This document shows, in pieces, positions 27,255 to 37,247 of a stretch of DNA of 64,000 nt. Each line of letters opens with the position of its first letter. Position 1 is the stretch's first letter. Origin of the DNA: a virus; the IMG/VR virus record IMGVR_UViG_3300045010_000308, positions 1 to 64,000 of that record, one strand, 5' to 3'. The position numbers and the translations under genes were made by a program. The notes below the pieces were generated by a model. The model saw nothing but the letters and a program-made list of their open reading frames with translations, was not told the origin of the DNA and ran no database searches.

Positions 27255-27673
27255 TACTTGATCCTCTTTTCGAGCTTGTACGGCGAGTGGTGGGTCCCGT
27301 CTAGGAACGGGACCTTGTCGTCCGTCGAGCGAAAGATCACGTCGCCGTAGCGCACCGCGACGACCTTGCCGACGCGCCCGTTGTGCACGGTCCCGAGCCT
27401 GTCGGTGTACGCGTCGTGCTTGACGCGGACTATGTCTCCGACCGAGATGAACCCGGGGCGCGCCTCGACCCACACCGCGTCAGACTCGGCGGGGAGCAGC
27501 GAGTTTGTCAGCGCGAGCTTGCTGAACAAGTCAAGCACGTCTTTTGAGTCACGGTCACTGTGCTTCGTCTCTTCCCACGCAGCAAGCAGGGCCATGACTG
27601 ACGCGCCGACGGCTTTTTTCGTCTTGATGCTCGCTAACTGAGCGCTCGCCCAGTCGCGGTCAACATGCTTCAT
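27254..27673 (-). CDS. Hypothetical protein with SH3/KOW-like C-terminus
   Basis: VGDIVRV...HNGRVGKVVAV; GGAG RBS before ATG 27673. Confidence 0.6.
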   Translation of the reverse strand: MKHVDRDWASAQLASIKTKKAVGASVMALLAAWEETKHSDRDSKDVLDLFSKLALTNSLLPAESDAVWVEARPGFISVGDIVRVKHDAYTDRLGTVHNGRVGKVVAVRYGDVIFRSTDDKVPFLDGTHHSPYKLEKRIK

Positions 27674-28142
27674 CTCTGCTCCTGTGAGGACACCGCGGCT
27701 CGCGGCAGTTGTCTGTGTCGTAGTCGTCGAGCGCACGGGCGCACACGATGCACTTCATCCCGGCATCGAGCACGCGGTAGCCTCTCTGCTGGCGGTCTGC
27801 GTTTTTCTGCATCTTCGCCAGGTACTCTTCGTTCAACTCGGCGTCGGTCCCGCCGACGGCGCAGATGATGTTTGCGACGAAGTGGAGGACATCGACGCAC
27901 TCTTTCAGGACCTCTTTGCGGTCGACATACGGATCATCGCGCTGCCAGGGCTTCCACGAGATCGCCCTGCGGACCTCGGCGAGCTCGTCGTCGATCGCGA
28001 GCATGTTCCAGCGCAGGTACTCGATGACGGCTCGAAGCGAGTCTGAGCCGTCGTCGTGGAAGGTAGAGTAGTCGACGCCGTAGCAGCTTTGCTGAAGCTG
28101 AGCCGTGGCCTCGAGCCACTTGCCGAAAAGCTTGTCAGTCAT
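27660..28142 (-). CDS. All-alpha NTP pyrophosphatase (dimeric dUTPase / dCTPase-like)
   Basis: DELAE..SWKPW, KECVDVLHF, YLAKMQKN.RQ; C-terminal Cys cluster. Confidence 0.82.
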   Translation of the reverse strand: MTDKLFGKWLEATAQLQQSCYGVDYSTFHDDGSDSLRAVIEYLRWNMLAIDDELAEVRRAISWKPWQRDDPYVDRKEVLKECVDVLHFVANIICAVGGTDAELNEEYLAKMQKNADRQQRGYRVLDAGMKCIVCARALDDYDTDNCREPRCPHRSRDEAC

Positions 28143-29155
28143 CTTGAGTCGATCACCTGTCGCAGTGTTGTCAGTACTTCTTCCCGCGTCTGGATCTTAT
28201 CTAAGTATTGGCGCGACTGGCGCGCCGAAAGCTCGTAAGCGTCGAGCTCGCTCAGCTGCTCGACCCTCGCCGCGAGCACAGACCACGCGTCTCCGGCCTC
28301 GCGGCTGTACCGCCACTCTGTCACTATCGGAGTGCCGGCGCGCATCGACTTGACGAACAGCGGAGACCACCAAGGGCGCTTGTCGTCGTGTATGGCCAGT
28401 ATGACTCCGTGCAGAGACCCGATCCTTTCTTCGAGCTCGAGGTCGGTGGCGTACTTCTTGTCCTTGATCTCGCCGTGCGGAAGCTCGAGCGTCCTTGACA
28501 GCGACAAGGCCCACTTCGTCGACGGCACGTCTATCCCCCACGCGCGCGCTCTCTTTCCTCGCGGCGCGTCTGCTCCTGGTCGCCGCGCGTGCAGCGAGTC
28601 GAAAGACAGCCCGACGAGCGACGCTCGCATCGTCTCGCGCACTCCGATGATCTCTGCCGGGTTCGAGTACCACGGCAGTGTCGGCCAGACCGTCTTTGGC
28701 CAAGGCTTGTGCAGCAGGTGCAGCGCGCCGTCGAGGACTCGTGCGCTTATGGCGCCGTCTTGCGCAGCGAGCGTGTAGCCGATCCTGCGCGAGTAGAACG
28801 GCTTGAAGAGCTGCTTTGGCTTTCGCTCGATCGACCTCAGGCCGGCGAAGATCTTTCCTGGCTCTGGAGCGTCGACGAACAGCGCGAGTCGCGAGTCGTC
28901 TTTGAGCAGAGAGACTAGGTTGAGCGTGCCGTATGTGCCGTTGGCCGACACGCTGGTCGGCGTCAGCACGCCGGCGAAGACTTTGCCGTACCCGGCGAGG
29001 TCGCCGTGCGTCCACGCTGGGTCGGGCTCGACCTGCACGACCTCGTGCCCGAGCTCTTGAGTCGCCTCCGCGAGCATGCCGGAGTACGTCAATGTCCGCT
29101 GAGCCACGGCGCTCGAGTAGTGTTGCGCACTGGCGCCGGTGATCAAGACTTTCAT
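28139..29155 (-). CDS. GT-B fold protein, putative DNA glycosyltransferase (beta-glucosyltransferase-like)
   Basis: MKVLITG, ELGHEV, LALFVD, SMRAGTPIV; motif order resembles T4 BGT as recalled. Confidence 0.55.
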   Translation of the reverse strand: MKVLITGASAQHYSSAVAQRTLTYSGMLAEATQELGHEVVQVEPDPAWTHGDLAGYGKVFAGVLTPTSVSANGTYGTLNLVSLLKDDSRLALFVDAPEPGKIFAGLRSIERKPKQLFKPFYSRRIGYTLAAQDGAISARVLDGALHLLHKPWPKTVWPTLPWYSNPAEIIGVRETMRASLVGLSFDSLHARRPGADAPRGKRARAWGIDVPSTKWALSLSRTLELPHGEIKDKKYATDLELEERIGSLHGVILAIHDDKRPWWSPLFVKSMRAGTPIVTEWRYSREAGDAWSVLAARVEQLSELDAYELSARQSRQYLDKIQTREEVLTTLRQVIDSR

Positions 29156-29913
29156 CTAGCCGTTGCTTCTGTCGCTGCCTCGAACGCCGACGGGACTCCG
29201 ACGTCCATCGCGTCCACGTCGAACAAGCTCGTCGGGTACCGCAGTATCTCCGTGAGGTACGGGCCGATCTTGAGCTCGGCGCCCTGCGAGCCGCGGCCGT
29301 CCCACTCGCGCGACAGCACGGCGATCGCGCGCTTCGTGTCCATGATCACCGGCCCGCACCACACTCGAGCCAGCGGCGCGTCGGCCCGGGGGTCGACGAA
29401 GTCTTCGTCACGCAGTTCAGTCCCTTCGGCGAACTCGTACTCGTGCTCTCGCGCGATTCGATCAGACCAGGCCGACCGTATCCTCGTGAACCGCCCGGCC
29501 TGGCTCTTCGGGACCGTCCGCGCTCCGACGGCGTTCGCTTTCGCGATCTCTGTGCTGACGGCCATGCGGACCACTTTTTCGCGGTCCATGATGTTGTCGC
29601 TCATCAAGAGCATCACCGCCTTCGAGTTTTCAAGTGGTTTCAGGCCGACAAGAGCCGCGTGGCCGGGCCCGCAGGGGTCTTCTTGCACGACGACTTCGAT
29701 CCACGACGAGTACGGCTCAAGCACCTTGTGCACCTGCGTGACGTTGTGCGGCGACGCGACCACGACCGTCTGCTCGGCGCCGGCCGCCGCGGCGTACTCG
29801 GCCGCGTACGCGAGCAGCGTGATCCCGTTGACCTCGAGCAGCGGCTTGAAGAACGGCATAGAGTAGCCGAGCATGCGCTGGCCGCGCCCCGCGGCGAGGA
29901 TCACCGCGTCCAC
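29152..29913 (-). CDS. Sugar-phosphate nucleotidyltransferase
   Basis: VILAAGRGQRM, KPLLEVNG, Q..P.GPGHA, MDVG; start GTG 29913 after AGGAG. Confidence 0.88.
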   Translation of the reverse strand: MDAVILAAGRGQRMLGYSMPFFKPLLEVNGITLLAYAAEYAAAAGAEQTVVVASPHNVTQVHKVLEPYSSWIEVVVQEDPCGPGHAALVGLKPLENSKAVMLLMSDNIMDREKVVRMAVSTEIAKANAVGARTVPKSQAGRFTRIRSAWSDRIAREHEYEFAEGTELRDEDFVDPRADAPLARVWCGPVIMDTKRAIAVLSREWDGRGSQGAELKIGPYLTEILRYPTSLFDVDAMDVGVPSAFEAATEATAR

Positions 29914-30416
29914 GGCCACTCCTGGCGCGCCCACACGAACTTCCAGCCGGCCTCTCTCGCTGGCGCCTGCCCGTCGATCCTGTCGTCGATGTACACTCCC
30001 TCCGCCGCGACTCCCCTGAGGATCGCGGTGCGCTCGGCCGTCGACACGCTGCTTGCGAGAAGCGCGCTCGGCGTGAGCCTCAGCGCCTCGAGCACCGCCT
30101 CTGCCGCGTCTTTCGCGGCGCCTGTCACGTATGCGACGTCTCCGGGAAACATCGCCTCGAGCGACAGCAAGATGTCTGCGTACGGCAGCTTGTTCTCGAG
30201 CGCTGCGCCGGCTCTGATCACGTCGACGTACACGAGCGTCTTCTCGCTGTGCGCCTTCCTCGCGCTCTCGAGCGAGCCAGTCACAGACGGAAGCCACATC
30301 TGCCACGGGTGGCCCCAGGCCTCGTCTGGCATGTCGACACCGACACTCTTGTACGCCTTGCGCACGAGGTGCCTCGAGTTCACGAGGACGCCGTCGATGT
30401 CAGAGCACCACTTCAT
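29901..30416 (-). CDS. HAD-superfamily phosphatase
   Basis: DIDGVL motif I, VTG, YIDD motif IV. Confidence 0.85.
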   Translation of the reverse strand: MKWCSDIDGVLVNSRHLVRKAYKSVGVDMPDEAWGHPWQMWLPSVTGSLESARKAHSEKTLVYVDVIRAGAALENKLPYADILLSLEAMFPGDVAYVTGAAKDAAEAVLEALRLTPSALLASSVSTAERTAILRGVAAEGVYIDDRIDGQAPAREAGWKFVWARQEWPWTR

Positions 30417-31191
30417 CGTAGAAACCTCCTGTCTTGAGCGTGTTGACGAGCACTTCCGCGACTCGATCTAGCGCGCTTGGAGCCTGGCGCACGACATACG
30501 GGAGCGCACGCACGACGTGGACGACCGCCCAGGCCTGGCCGCCAGAGAACAACGAGTCGTCGTCGACCGCAGCGCGCACGTCGGCGATCGAGTATGCCTT
30601 GCCTCCCGTGCCGTACTTCGCGGCCTCCCACCCGTTCGCGCTCTGCAGCATCTTGCCGACGTCGACGCACGGAGCGTCAGGGACCGTGATCGTCGCTGGG
30701 ATCGGGTCGATCAGCACCGAGCCGTAGCCGCGCCTGCGCATCACGTTCTCGGCCGTCGCGTCTCCGTGAGTGAGAGCCGCCGCCCCGGCGAGCGCGGCAC
30801 GGGCCGCTGACTCGGCGGCGAACAGCACGGCCGCGACAAGCTCGGAGCTGAAAGACAGCCAGCACCTGCCGATGTTGTCGGACATCTTGCCGCGCAAAAG
30901 CTCGTACGTCTCGTCTCTCGCGGGGACATCGGCAGGCCTGCTCCAGACGTGCCTGCGCAGCAGGCCGACTACCTCTTCGGCCTTGACCTCGGCGTAGTCG
31001 ACGTGCGCGAGCCGCTCCATGACGTAGCCGTCGCTCGTCAGCTCGAGCACCATCGGGAGCGCAGGAGACGCGTGCTCTTGGATCCAGCGGCCCTGCCCGA
31101 TCGTCTTCTCGACGATCCCGCCTCGCTTGATGACCGTCACCGCGTCGTTGTCAACGACCTCCGCACCGGACAGGCCGCTGTTGGCGATCAC
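30400..31191 (-). CDS. APH/choline-kinase-like phosphotransferase
   Basis: GLSGA, VIK, YVMERL, THGDATAENV, LIDP, DVGKM. Confidence 0.82.
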   Translation of the reverse strand: MIANSGLSGAEVVDNDAVTVIKRGGIVEKTIGQGRWIQEHASPALPMVLELTSDGYVMERLAHVDYAEVKAEEVVGLLRRHVWSRPADVPARDETYELLRGKMSDNIGRCWLSFSSELVAAVLFAAESAARAALAGAAALTHGDATAENVMRRRGYGSVLIDPIPATITVPDAPCVDVGKMLQSANGWEAAKYGTGGKAYSIADVRAAVDDDSLFSGGQAWAVVHVVRALPYVVRQAPSALDRVAEVLVNTLKTGGFYDEVVL

Positions 31192-32435
31192 GAGAATGCG
31201 CTCTCGATCATGACTTCAGCCGTCTTTCGCGGGTCGTTGCGCGTGCGCAAGACCTCGCGGTTGTGGCGCGCGATCTCGACCCGCTGGTTGTCTGGGATCT
31301 CGAGGCACGTCGAGAACGCGTCGGCGATCCTCTTGATCAACGCGAGGCCCTCGTCTTGCACGAGGCGCGACTGCGTCGGAGACTTCGTGAACCAGTCGAG
31401 CACCATCATGCGGAACGCTGGGTCTGACAGGTGGCCTGGGACGATGCACAGAGCGCCTGCGTCGGCGGCCTCGAGCGACGAGTACTCGACCAGGCCCCGC
31501 GCGAACGCGTGCGCGGTGAGGTTCATGTGCACGCGGAAGCGCGCCGCGATCGCCGCCGAGTCGGTGTAGTTGCCGAGGTAGCGGATGAGCGCTCTGCCGG
31601 CCACACGCGCGTCCCACGGGTACGGCGTGACGATGTTCCCGTCCATGCTTCCGTTGTACTTCTCCGGGTTGACATTCTTCGCGTACCTCACGGCTTGCGC
31701 CTTGAAGTGTTCTTTCAAAAGCTCGTACACGATGTACGTCGGCGACGGCCCGAGGCCGACCGAGCACGATCCCCAGATCTCCACCGTGACGTCTTCTGGC
31801 AAGAACGCGCCGGCGAGCGCGACGAGCGGCTGTCCCTTGTTGTAGATGAACCTGCCTGACGTGCCGACGACGCGGCTGTCTGTGATCGGCGCGTCGACCT
31901 CGAACTTCGGGATGTAAGGCATCGGGCCTTTGATCCACTCCATCTTCGCGAACATGTCGTTGCTGTGCCTCGCGGACTCGTCGCTCATCGTCACGAGCTT
32001 GCTTCCTCGCGACGGCGACTCGAGCAGCTTGCCGACGAACGGGATGTCTTTCTCCGGGTAAAACGAGCCGTGGAGCGCCGTGGTCCAGCGTGTCCGAGTG
32101 CGGAGCAGAGCGTCTACGTACTCTGGCAACGCGCCTTCGCCTTTCTTGATCGCCTGCTTGTCGTGCAGCGGCACCTTGATCTCTGGCAAGACGACCATGT
32201 CGTACTTGTCGAACGTCTCGACGAGGTGCGCGGTCTTCACGACGACGTCTGGCGCCTCGCTCCACCACCGCCCGCCCGGGCGAGGCTGGCCCCACGACGT
32301 TCGAGCCTTGCCACTCTTCGTGAACGACACGACATCGCAGCTATGCCCAAGCTGCTGGAACCCGTACCGAAGCCGGAATCCCCACGCGGTGGGTCCCTTG
32401 ACTCCTGGCTCTGGCTCGAATACCGCGACTTTCAT
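31188..32435 (-). CDS. GT-B glycosyltransferase, putative DNA alpha-glycosyltransferase-like
   Basis: QLGHSC, SGRFIYNKG, VEYSSLEAADAG (retaining GT-B signature). Confidence 0.7.
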   Translation of the reverse strand: MKVAVFEPEPGVKGPTAWGFRLRYGFQQLGHSCDVVSFTKSGKARTSWGQPRPGGRWWSEAPDVVVKTAHLVETFDKYDMVVLPEIKVPLHDKQAIKKGEGALPEYVDALLRTRTRWTTALHGSFYPEKDIPFVGKLLESPSRGSKLVTMSDESARHSNDMFAKMEWIKGPMPYIPKFEVDAPITDSRVVGTSGRFIYNKGQPLVALAGAFLPEDVTVEIWGSCSVGLGPSPTYIVYELLKEHFKAQAVRYAKNVNPEKYNGSMDGNIVTPYPWDARVAGRALIRYLGNYTDSAAIAARFRVHMNLTAHAFARGLVEYSSLEAADAGALCIVPGHLSDPAFRMMVLDWFTKSPTQSRLVQDEGLALIKRIADAFSTCLEIPDNQRVEIARHNREVLRTRNDPRKTAEVMIESAFS

Positions 32436-32475
32436 CTTTCTCTCCTCTGCTTAGCCGCTGACACTCATACTTTGA

Positions 32476-32520
32476 CACGAAGCGGCGCGCTTCGAGGTGT
32501 CCGAAGCGCGCCTCTTCGTG
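32476..32520 (-). terminator. Strong hairpin after the SSB gene
   Basis: CACGAAG-GGCGCGCTTCG / CGAAGCGCGCC-CTTCGTG inverted repeat. Confidence 0.6.
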
Positions 32521-32542
32521 CCGAGCTTTGGCTCGGCTCGGC

Positions 32543-33175
32543 TCAGAACGGCGCCTTGGGGGGCGTGTTCGGGTCTGCTGCCGGTGCCGGTGCCGGTGCC
32601 GGTGCCGGTGCCGGTGCCGGTGCCGGTGCCGGTGCCGGTGCCGGTGCCGGTGCCGGTGCCGGTGCCGGTGCTGGTGCCGGTGCCGGTGCCGGTGCCGGTG
32701 CCGGTGCCGGTGCCGGTGCCGGTGCCGGTGCCGGTGCCGGTGCCGGTGCCGGTGATGCTGCCGCCATCGACGAGACCGAGTAGTAGCTCTTGATCTCGTT
32801 CTTCGTCTGGCCCTGCCAGGTTCGCGTGCCGACGGCCGCGCGGAAGGTGCGACCCTTGAGTGCGGCCTCGATCTGCGCGTTGGTCGGGTTTGATGTGAAG
32901 TACTCGCGGGGGAGCCCCAGCGCGGCCATCTTCTTGAAGAACATGCCGAGCGCGTTGGGGTTGTCCGTCGAGACGACCAGGTTGTCCCAGACGAGCCGCT
33001 TTGCGTGCGCACCGGTCTGGACCTGCGCCTTGATGGCGAACATGGTCTTTCCCGTCTGCGTCACCTTGGCCGTTGCTTCGACGACTTGGAAGTCGTAGTC
33101 GCCGGCTGGCAGCGGGTCGTACCCGCCAGTCTCGGCTGCGTCCTTGATCAGGTCGCCCCAGTTGAGTGTTGACAT
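32543..33175 (-). CDS. DUF669-like ssDNA-binding protein with poly-(Pro-Ala) linker
   Basis: [21 protein letters not shown]; C-terminal APF tail. Confidence 0.8.
   Translation of the reverse strand: MSTLNWGDLIKDAAETGGYDPLPAGDYDFQVVEATAKVTQTGKTMFAIKAQVQTGAHAKRLVWDNLVVSTDNPNALGMFFKKMAALGLPREYFTSNPTNAQIEAALKGRTFRAAVGTRTWQGQTKNEIKSYYSVSSMAAASPAPAPAPAPAPAPAPAPAPAPAPAPAPAPAPAPAPAPAPAPAPAPAPAPAPAPAPAPAADPNTPPKAPF
32580..32753. repeat. (GCCGGT)29 hexamer tandem repeat
   Basis: 174 bp with one GCTGGT variant; encodes (PA)n. Confidence 0.95.
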
Positions 33176-33177
33176 TG

Positions 33178-33963
33178 CTATTTACTCGCTTTCTCTGTGT
33201 TGGTTGTCTTGCTTTGCTTTTGTTCTGGCCGTGGGCCGAACACTATCTCGAGCATGCGTTCGATCCCAAGATCTTGCTGCTCGACGATCTTACCTAGCCG
33301 TCCTTGGACGCGCTCGCCTGCCTCGTACTTGTTCGTCCGTTCGACGTACATGCGGCGCGCCTTGTAGTTCGGCTGGGTGGGGTCTGGGTGCGGGAACTCT
33401 TCGACGGTGATCGCGCCGAGGACGTCGTAGAAGTACGGCGCTTGGATCGCGAGCTGGCCTTGGAGGTACGGCCGAGCGCGCCCGTCTTGCCCGGTGCGAG
33501 ACATGGCGGTGAGCACGACTGCCTCGAGCGGCGCGGTCGGGTGCATCGTGAGGTCGCGCAGGTCACGCAAGAGCGCTCCCATGTGCCTCAAAAGCTCGCC
33601 CCACTGCTGCATCTGCATCTGGTTTGTCCCGGCGATGTTGTCCACGCACTTGACTTGCAGCTCAGAGACCGAGTCGATGATCAGTGACTTGAACTGGTGG
33701 CGTCCGAGCTGGAGCCACTGGTACGCCTTCATCATGGTGTCGTACTTCGTCACGTTGACGACGCAGGTGTCCCACGTCCCGTCGGCTACCGGCGGCTCTT
33801 CCCGCAGCGGGTCCCAATACTTGACCGTGATCGGGAGGAAGCGGTGGCCGCCCTCAACGTCGAGCATCAGCCGCGGGTACGGCGCTGTGACCGCGAACGT
33901 CGACTTGCCGACCTTTGATTCTCCGTACACCATAAGTGTCAGAGAGCGTTGTACTTGTGTCAT
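33178..33963 (-). CDS. AAA_24/Sak4-like ATPase (recombinase)
   Basis: [22 protein letters not shown]. Confidence 0.85.
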   Translation of the reverse strand: MTQVQRSLTLMVYGESKVGKSTFAVTAPYPRLMLDVEGGHRFLPITVKYWDPLREEPPVADGTWDTCVVNVTKYDTMMKAYQWLQLGRHQFKSLIIDSVSELQVKCVDNIAGTNQMQMQQWGELLRHMGALLRDLRDLTMHPTAPLEAVVLTAMSRTGQDGRARPYLQGQLAIQAPYFYDVLGAITVEEFPHPDPTQPNYKARRMYVERTNKYEAGERVQGRLGKIVEQQDLGIERMLEIVFGPRPEQKQSKTTNTEKASK

Positions 33964-33966
33964 GCG

Positions 33967-34893
33967 TTACTCGTTTCCTTTGTTGTCTGGTTTGTAATAA
34001 CTGTACGGGTCGTCGACCACGTACATTTCGCTGATTGCCTGTTCGGCGGCGCTTCCGTCGTCGAGTAGCGGGCATACGGCGAAAAACTGGCACTTCCACT
34101 TGCAGTCGCGGCTCGGCCGCGGGTACGCAAGCATCGTGTGATCGCCGCCGTCTTCGAGCCCCTTGCGGACTCGGAGGAGGTCGGTTATCGTGCCGTGGAT
34201 CCTGTTCCAGAACGAGCGCAGGCTAAAGATGTTGTGCCTGACTTCGATCTGCTCGTAGAAAGGAGGGCGCGCGTTCGCGGTGCGCTTGACCTTGCGCAGC
34301 ATCGTGAAGATGCCTCCGTCGCACCGCTCAATCTCGTCTTTCTTTTGCGCCTCGAGCAGCATGTAGGTCAGCACTTGCTCGTTCATGTGAGCCATGCTCG
34401 TGAAGTCGGCGAATGAGCCGCCGACGGTCTTGAAGTCTCTGAACATGCGCACTCCGTCTACCTTGCGCCGCACGCGCATGTCGAGCTTGCCTTGCAGCTC
34501 GACTTGCCCCTCGAGAAGCGGCGCGCTGACTACTTCCTCGCTCGAGATGAACTCAAGCTCGGCGTCGATGCCGTTCTCTTCGACCCACTGGAGGTATCCT
34601 TCGAGCATGATCCGACCAAGTTCGGCCTCAGACTGCAGGTCGGTCGTGTCACGGAAGCTTTCGACCAGAAGCTCTTTGTCACGTTCGACCAGCTCTGCGT
34701 GCGCGTCGAGCAGCGGGACGCCGCTCGCGTAGTACTGTTCGAAGGCCGCGTGGATGCGCGTGCCGAGCGCGAGCGGGCCAGTCATGACTTTTTCCCGGGG
34801 CTGCAGCCGGCGGAAGTACGCCAGCCACCAGCGGCGGCGACAGTCTTTGAATGTCTGGAGCTCGCTGTTCGAGACCTTGAGCACGTCCGTCAT
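33967..34893 (-). CDS. Cas4-like PD-(D/E)XK exonuclease
   Basis: SNSELQTFKDCRRRW, GTRIH, GKLD, DFKT, Q..TY, C.W.CQF..VC; true start ATG 34893. Confidence 0.88.
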   Translation of the reverse strand: MTDVLKVSNSELQTFKDCRRRWWLAYFRRLQPREKVMTGPLALGTRIHAAFEQYYASGVPLLDAHAELVERDKELLVESFRDTTDLQSEAELGRIMLEGYLQWVEENGIDAELEFISSEEVVSAPLLEGQVELQGKLDMRVRRKVDGVRMFRDFKTVGGSFADFTSMAHMNEQVLTYMLLEAQKKDEIERCDGGIFTMLRKVKRTANARPPFYEQIEVRHNIFSLRSFWNRIHGTITDLLRVRKGLEDGGDHTMLAYPRPSRDCKWKCQFFAVCPLLDDGSAAEQAISEMYVVDDPYSYYKPDNKGNE

Positions 34894-36692
34894 AGTCTGC
34901 CTTCCTTGTCGTCTTTGAGCAGGTTGAGTAGTTGGTCTTTGTCGCGCACGATCTGCTCGAAGTTGTCGGCCTTCGTGTCGAGTACCTGGATCACGCGCTC
35001 TTCGACCGTGCCTTCGGTCACGTAGTCCGTGATGATGACGCTGTCGTGCACTTCCGAGCCGATCCGGTGCACGCGGTCGAGCGCCTGCTTGTGGTCGACC
35101 AACGACCACGGGCGCTGAAGCATGATCAGCCTGCGAGCAGCCGTCAGCGTCACGCCGACACCACCGGCCTGAGCGGTGAACAGTATCCACTTGGTCCTGC
35201 CTGCCTGGAAGTCGTCGATGGCCTCTTGCCGCTCGTCTTCGCTCTGCGCGCCAGTGATGCGGCCGTGCTCGATGCCGGCCTTCGTCATCGCCGCGCTGAG
35301 CAAGTCGATGAGCTGCCGCGACACGGCGCAGACAGCGACCGAGTCGCTGCCAAAGTCGCCGTTCTTCATGTCGTCCATGACAGCGTCGACCTTGCACGAC
35401 GGCTCGGCGAGCGTGGCGCGCATCTCGCCGGTGCTGGTGTCTGCGGCAATGTCCGCGTACGAGCTCGCCAACTGGAGCAGCCGCGTGACCTGCGTGAGCG
35501 GGCTTGTCGCCATCAACGCCGCGCCGCTCTCGAGCTCGGCGATCATGAGGTCGCGCATCTGCGCGTAGGCTTTCGCCTGCTTCGACGACATCTCGACGTC
35601 GCGGCGCTCGTTGATGATCGGCGGCAGCCAGTGCAGCACCTTCGCCTTGAGCATGCGGCGCATCCGCGGGTTGATCCCGGCGTGGAACTCTTGCTCCATC
35701 TGCGGCTTCACGCCTAAGACCATCATGCCGCCGAACGCGTTGAGCATCGTGTTGATCATGCGGTCGATCCAGCGCGTCTTGCTCGGCCACTCCTCCGGCG
35801 ACAGCCAGTGCAGGATCGGCCACAGGTCGACTACGTCGTTCGCGATCGGCGTGCCCGTCAGCGCAAACCGCACGTCTGCGTCGCCAGTCGCGGCCCACAG
35901 CGCGCGCGTCTGCTTCGACTTGGGGTCTTTGGACCGGTGTATCTCGTCCGCGACCACGGCCTTGAAGTCGATCCCGTTGAGCTCGCGCGGCGTGACCTCG
36001 CACTGCTTCTCTGTCACGCTCTCGTCGTGGCCTCCCATCGCGACACAGCGCTTGAGCGCGATCGACCCGTACGGCGCGAGGCGCGAGTGAGTGCGCAGAG
36101 ACTCCCAGTTGATGACGTACACGTCGGCGCCAGATTCGAACGACTTGCGGCGTTGCGTCGCCGTGCCGGAGATGACCTCGACGTTCACGCCTGGCCACCA
36201 GCGCGCGAACTCGCGCTTCCAGTTCTTCTTCACGGTGTTCGGGCAGACGACGAGCGCCGGAAACACCTCCTCGCCGGAGCCCTTGAGGGCCTTGAGCGCG
36301 CGAATCGCCTGAGCGGTCTTGCCGAGGCCAGGCTCGTCCGCGAGCAGAGCCCGTCGGGCGACGCGCAGAAACTCGACGCCGGCACGCTGGTGCGGAAACA
36401 GGTCGTCGTCGCCCTCGATCCCCTCGACGTCGCGAAGCGCGTTTGACGGGTCTACTCGCGACGCGCGCTCGCTGCTCGCCCAGGCGGTGAGCGCGTCGCC
36501 GACCACGAGCTCGTCGCGAAACGTCGACCGCAGCGCGAGGCACGCCGACCAGCTCAGCGGCACCTTCCAGACCTTCTCGGCCGTCGACCACGCCGCTCCG
36601 GGGATGCTCTTGCACAGCTCTTTGTAGCGCCAGTCCGCCTCGATGCGGATGTGCCTGGTGCTGCTGGAGTCGATGTCCACTCGTGCTGTCAA
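34890..36692 (-). CDS. SNF2-family helicase
   Basis: LADEPGLGKT, DEIH, LTGTP, QALDRVHRIG. Confidence 0.93.
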   Translation of the reverse strand: MTARVDIDSSSTRHIRIEADWRYKELCKSIPGAAWSTAEKVWKVPLSWSACLALRSTFRDELVVGDALTAWASSERASRVDPSNALRDVEGIEGDDDLFPHQRAGVEFLRVARRALLADEPGLGKTAQAIRALKALKGSGEEVFPALVVCPNTVKKNWKREFARWWPGVNVEVISGTATQRRKSFESGADVYVINWESLRTHSRLAPYGSIALKRCVAMGGHDESVTEKQCEVTPRELNGIDFKAVVADEIHRSKDPKSKQTRALWAATGDADVRFALTGTPIANDVVDLWPILHWLSPEEWPSKTRWIDRMINTMLNAFGGMMVLGVKPQMEQEFHAGINPRMRRMLKAKVLHWLPPIINERRDVEMSSKQAKAYAQMRDLMIAELESGAALMATSPLTQVTRLLQLASSYADIAADTSTGEMRATLAEPSCKVDAVMDDMKNGDFGSDSVAVCAVSRQLIDLLSAAMTKAGIEHGRITGAQSEDERQEAIDDFQAGRTKWILFTAQAGGVGVTLTAARRLIMLQRPWSLVDHKQALDRVHRIGSEVHDSVIITDYVTEGTVEERVIQVLDTKADNFEQIVRDKDQLLNLLKDDKEGRL

Positions 36693-36719
36693 CTTAGTCT
36701 CTCGATCGTTTTGTCGGTT

Positions 36720-36728
36720 ACTGTACCA
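36720..36728 (-). promoter_or_regulatory. Extended -10 promoter
   Basis: TGGTACAGT in an AT-rich intergenic region upstream of the helicase. Confidence 0.55.
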
Positions 36729-36785
36729 TGTACTAAGCGGATTTGGATGATCTCCAACAACATTTTTTCTTAGTACACACAGCGC

Positions 36786-37247
36786 CTACTTGAGCAGCAC
36801 TCTCGGCACCCAGCCTGTCTTCGCGAGTCGCAGCAGGCCGTGGCGCATCGCGTCGAGCGCGTGTCCGCCGCCGCCGGTGTGCCAGAAGCCGAGCCGCTTG
36901 AGCGCGTCGTTCGTGAAGAGCTTTTTAGCGTCTGACGGCGACTGGAAGTGGATGCTCTCTGGGTCGAACCCGCCGGCGTGCACGACGTACTTCATGATCC
37001 CGATCTGCTCGAGGCTGAACGGAGCCTGCGAGTTCTTGATCGTCTGCGCGTTGATGATGAAGCGCTCGCACACGAGCTCGACGACTGAGCCGGCCGCCCT
37101 CGCCGCGCGAAGCTCGTCGCTGAGCGCCGCCGCGAACGGGTACGCCGCGAGTTCTTTCGAGGACACGAGCACCGGCGCCTCTCCAGAGTACGCGATGACA
37201 GCGAGGCCCGTCGTCTTGCCCGGGTCGACGGCGATGACTGTTTTCAT
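36786..37247 (-). CDS. RuvC-like Holliday junction resolvase
   Basis: IAVDPGKTTG, VCERF, HALDA; start ATG 37247. Confidence 0.78.
   Translation of the reverse strand: MKTVIAVDPGKTTGLAVIAYSGEAPVLVSSKELAAYPFAAALSDELRAARAAGSVVELVCERFIINAQTIKNSQAPFSLEQIGIMKYVVHAGGFDPESIHFQSPSDAKKLFTNDALKRLGFWHTGGGGHALDAMRHGLLRLAKTGWVPRVLLK

Noticed and set aside
32341-33012. Poly-RH, poly-CR and poly-VP ORFs
   Set aside because: Alternative frames of the GCCGGT repeat; only the PA frame belongs to a recognisable protein
34894-36615. 882-aa ORF with a long Arg-rich N-terminus
   Set aside because: Shadow frame over the SNF2 helicase; only 33967-34893 is the nuclease
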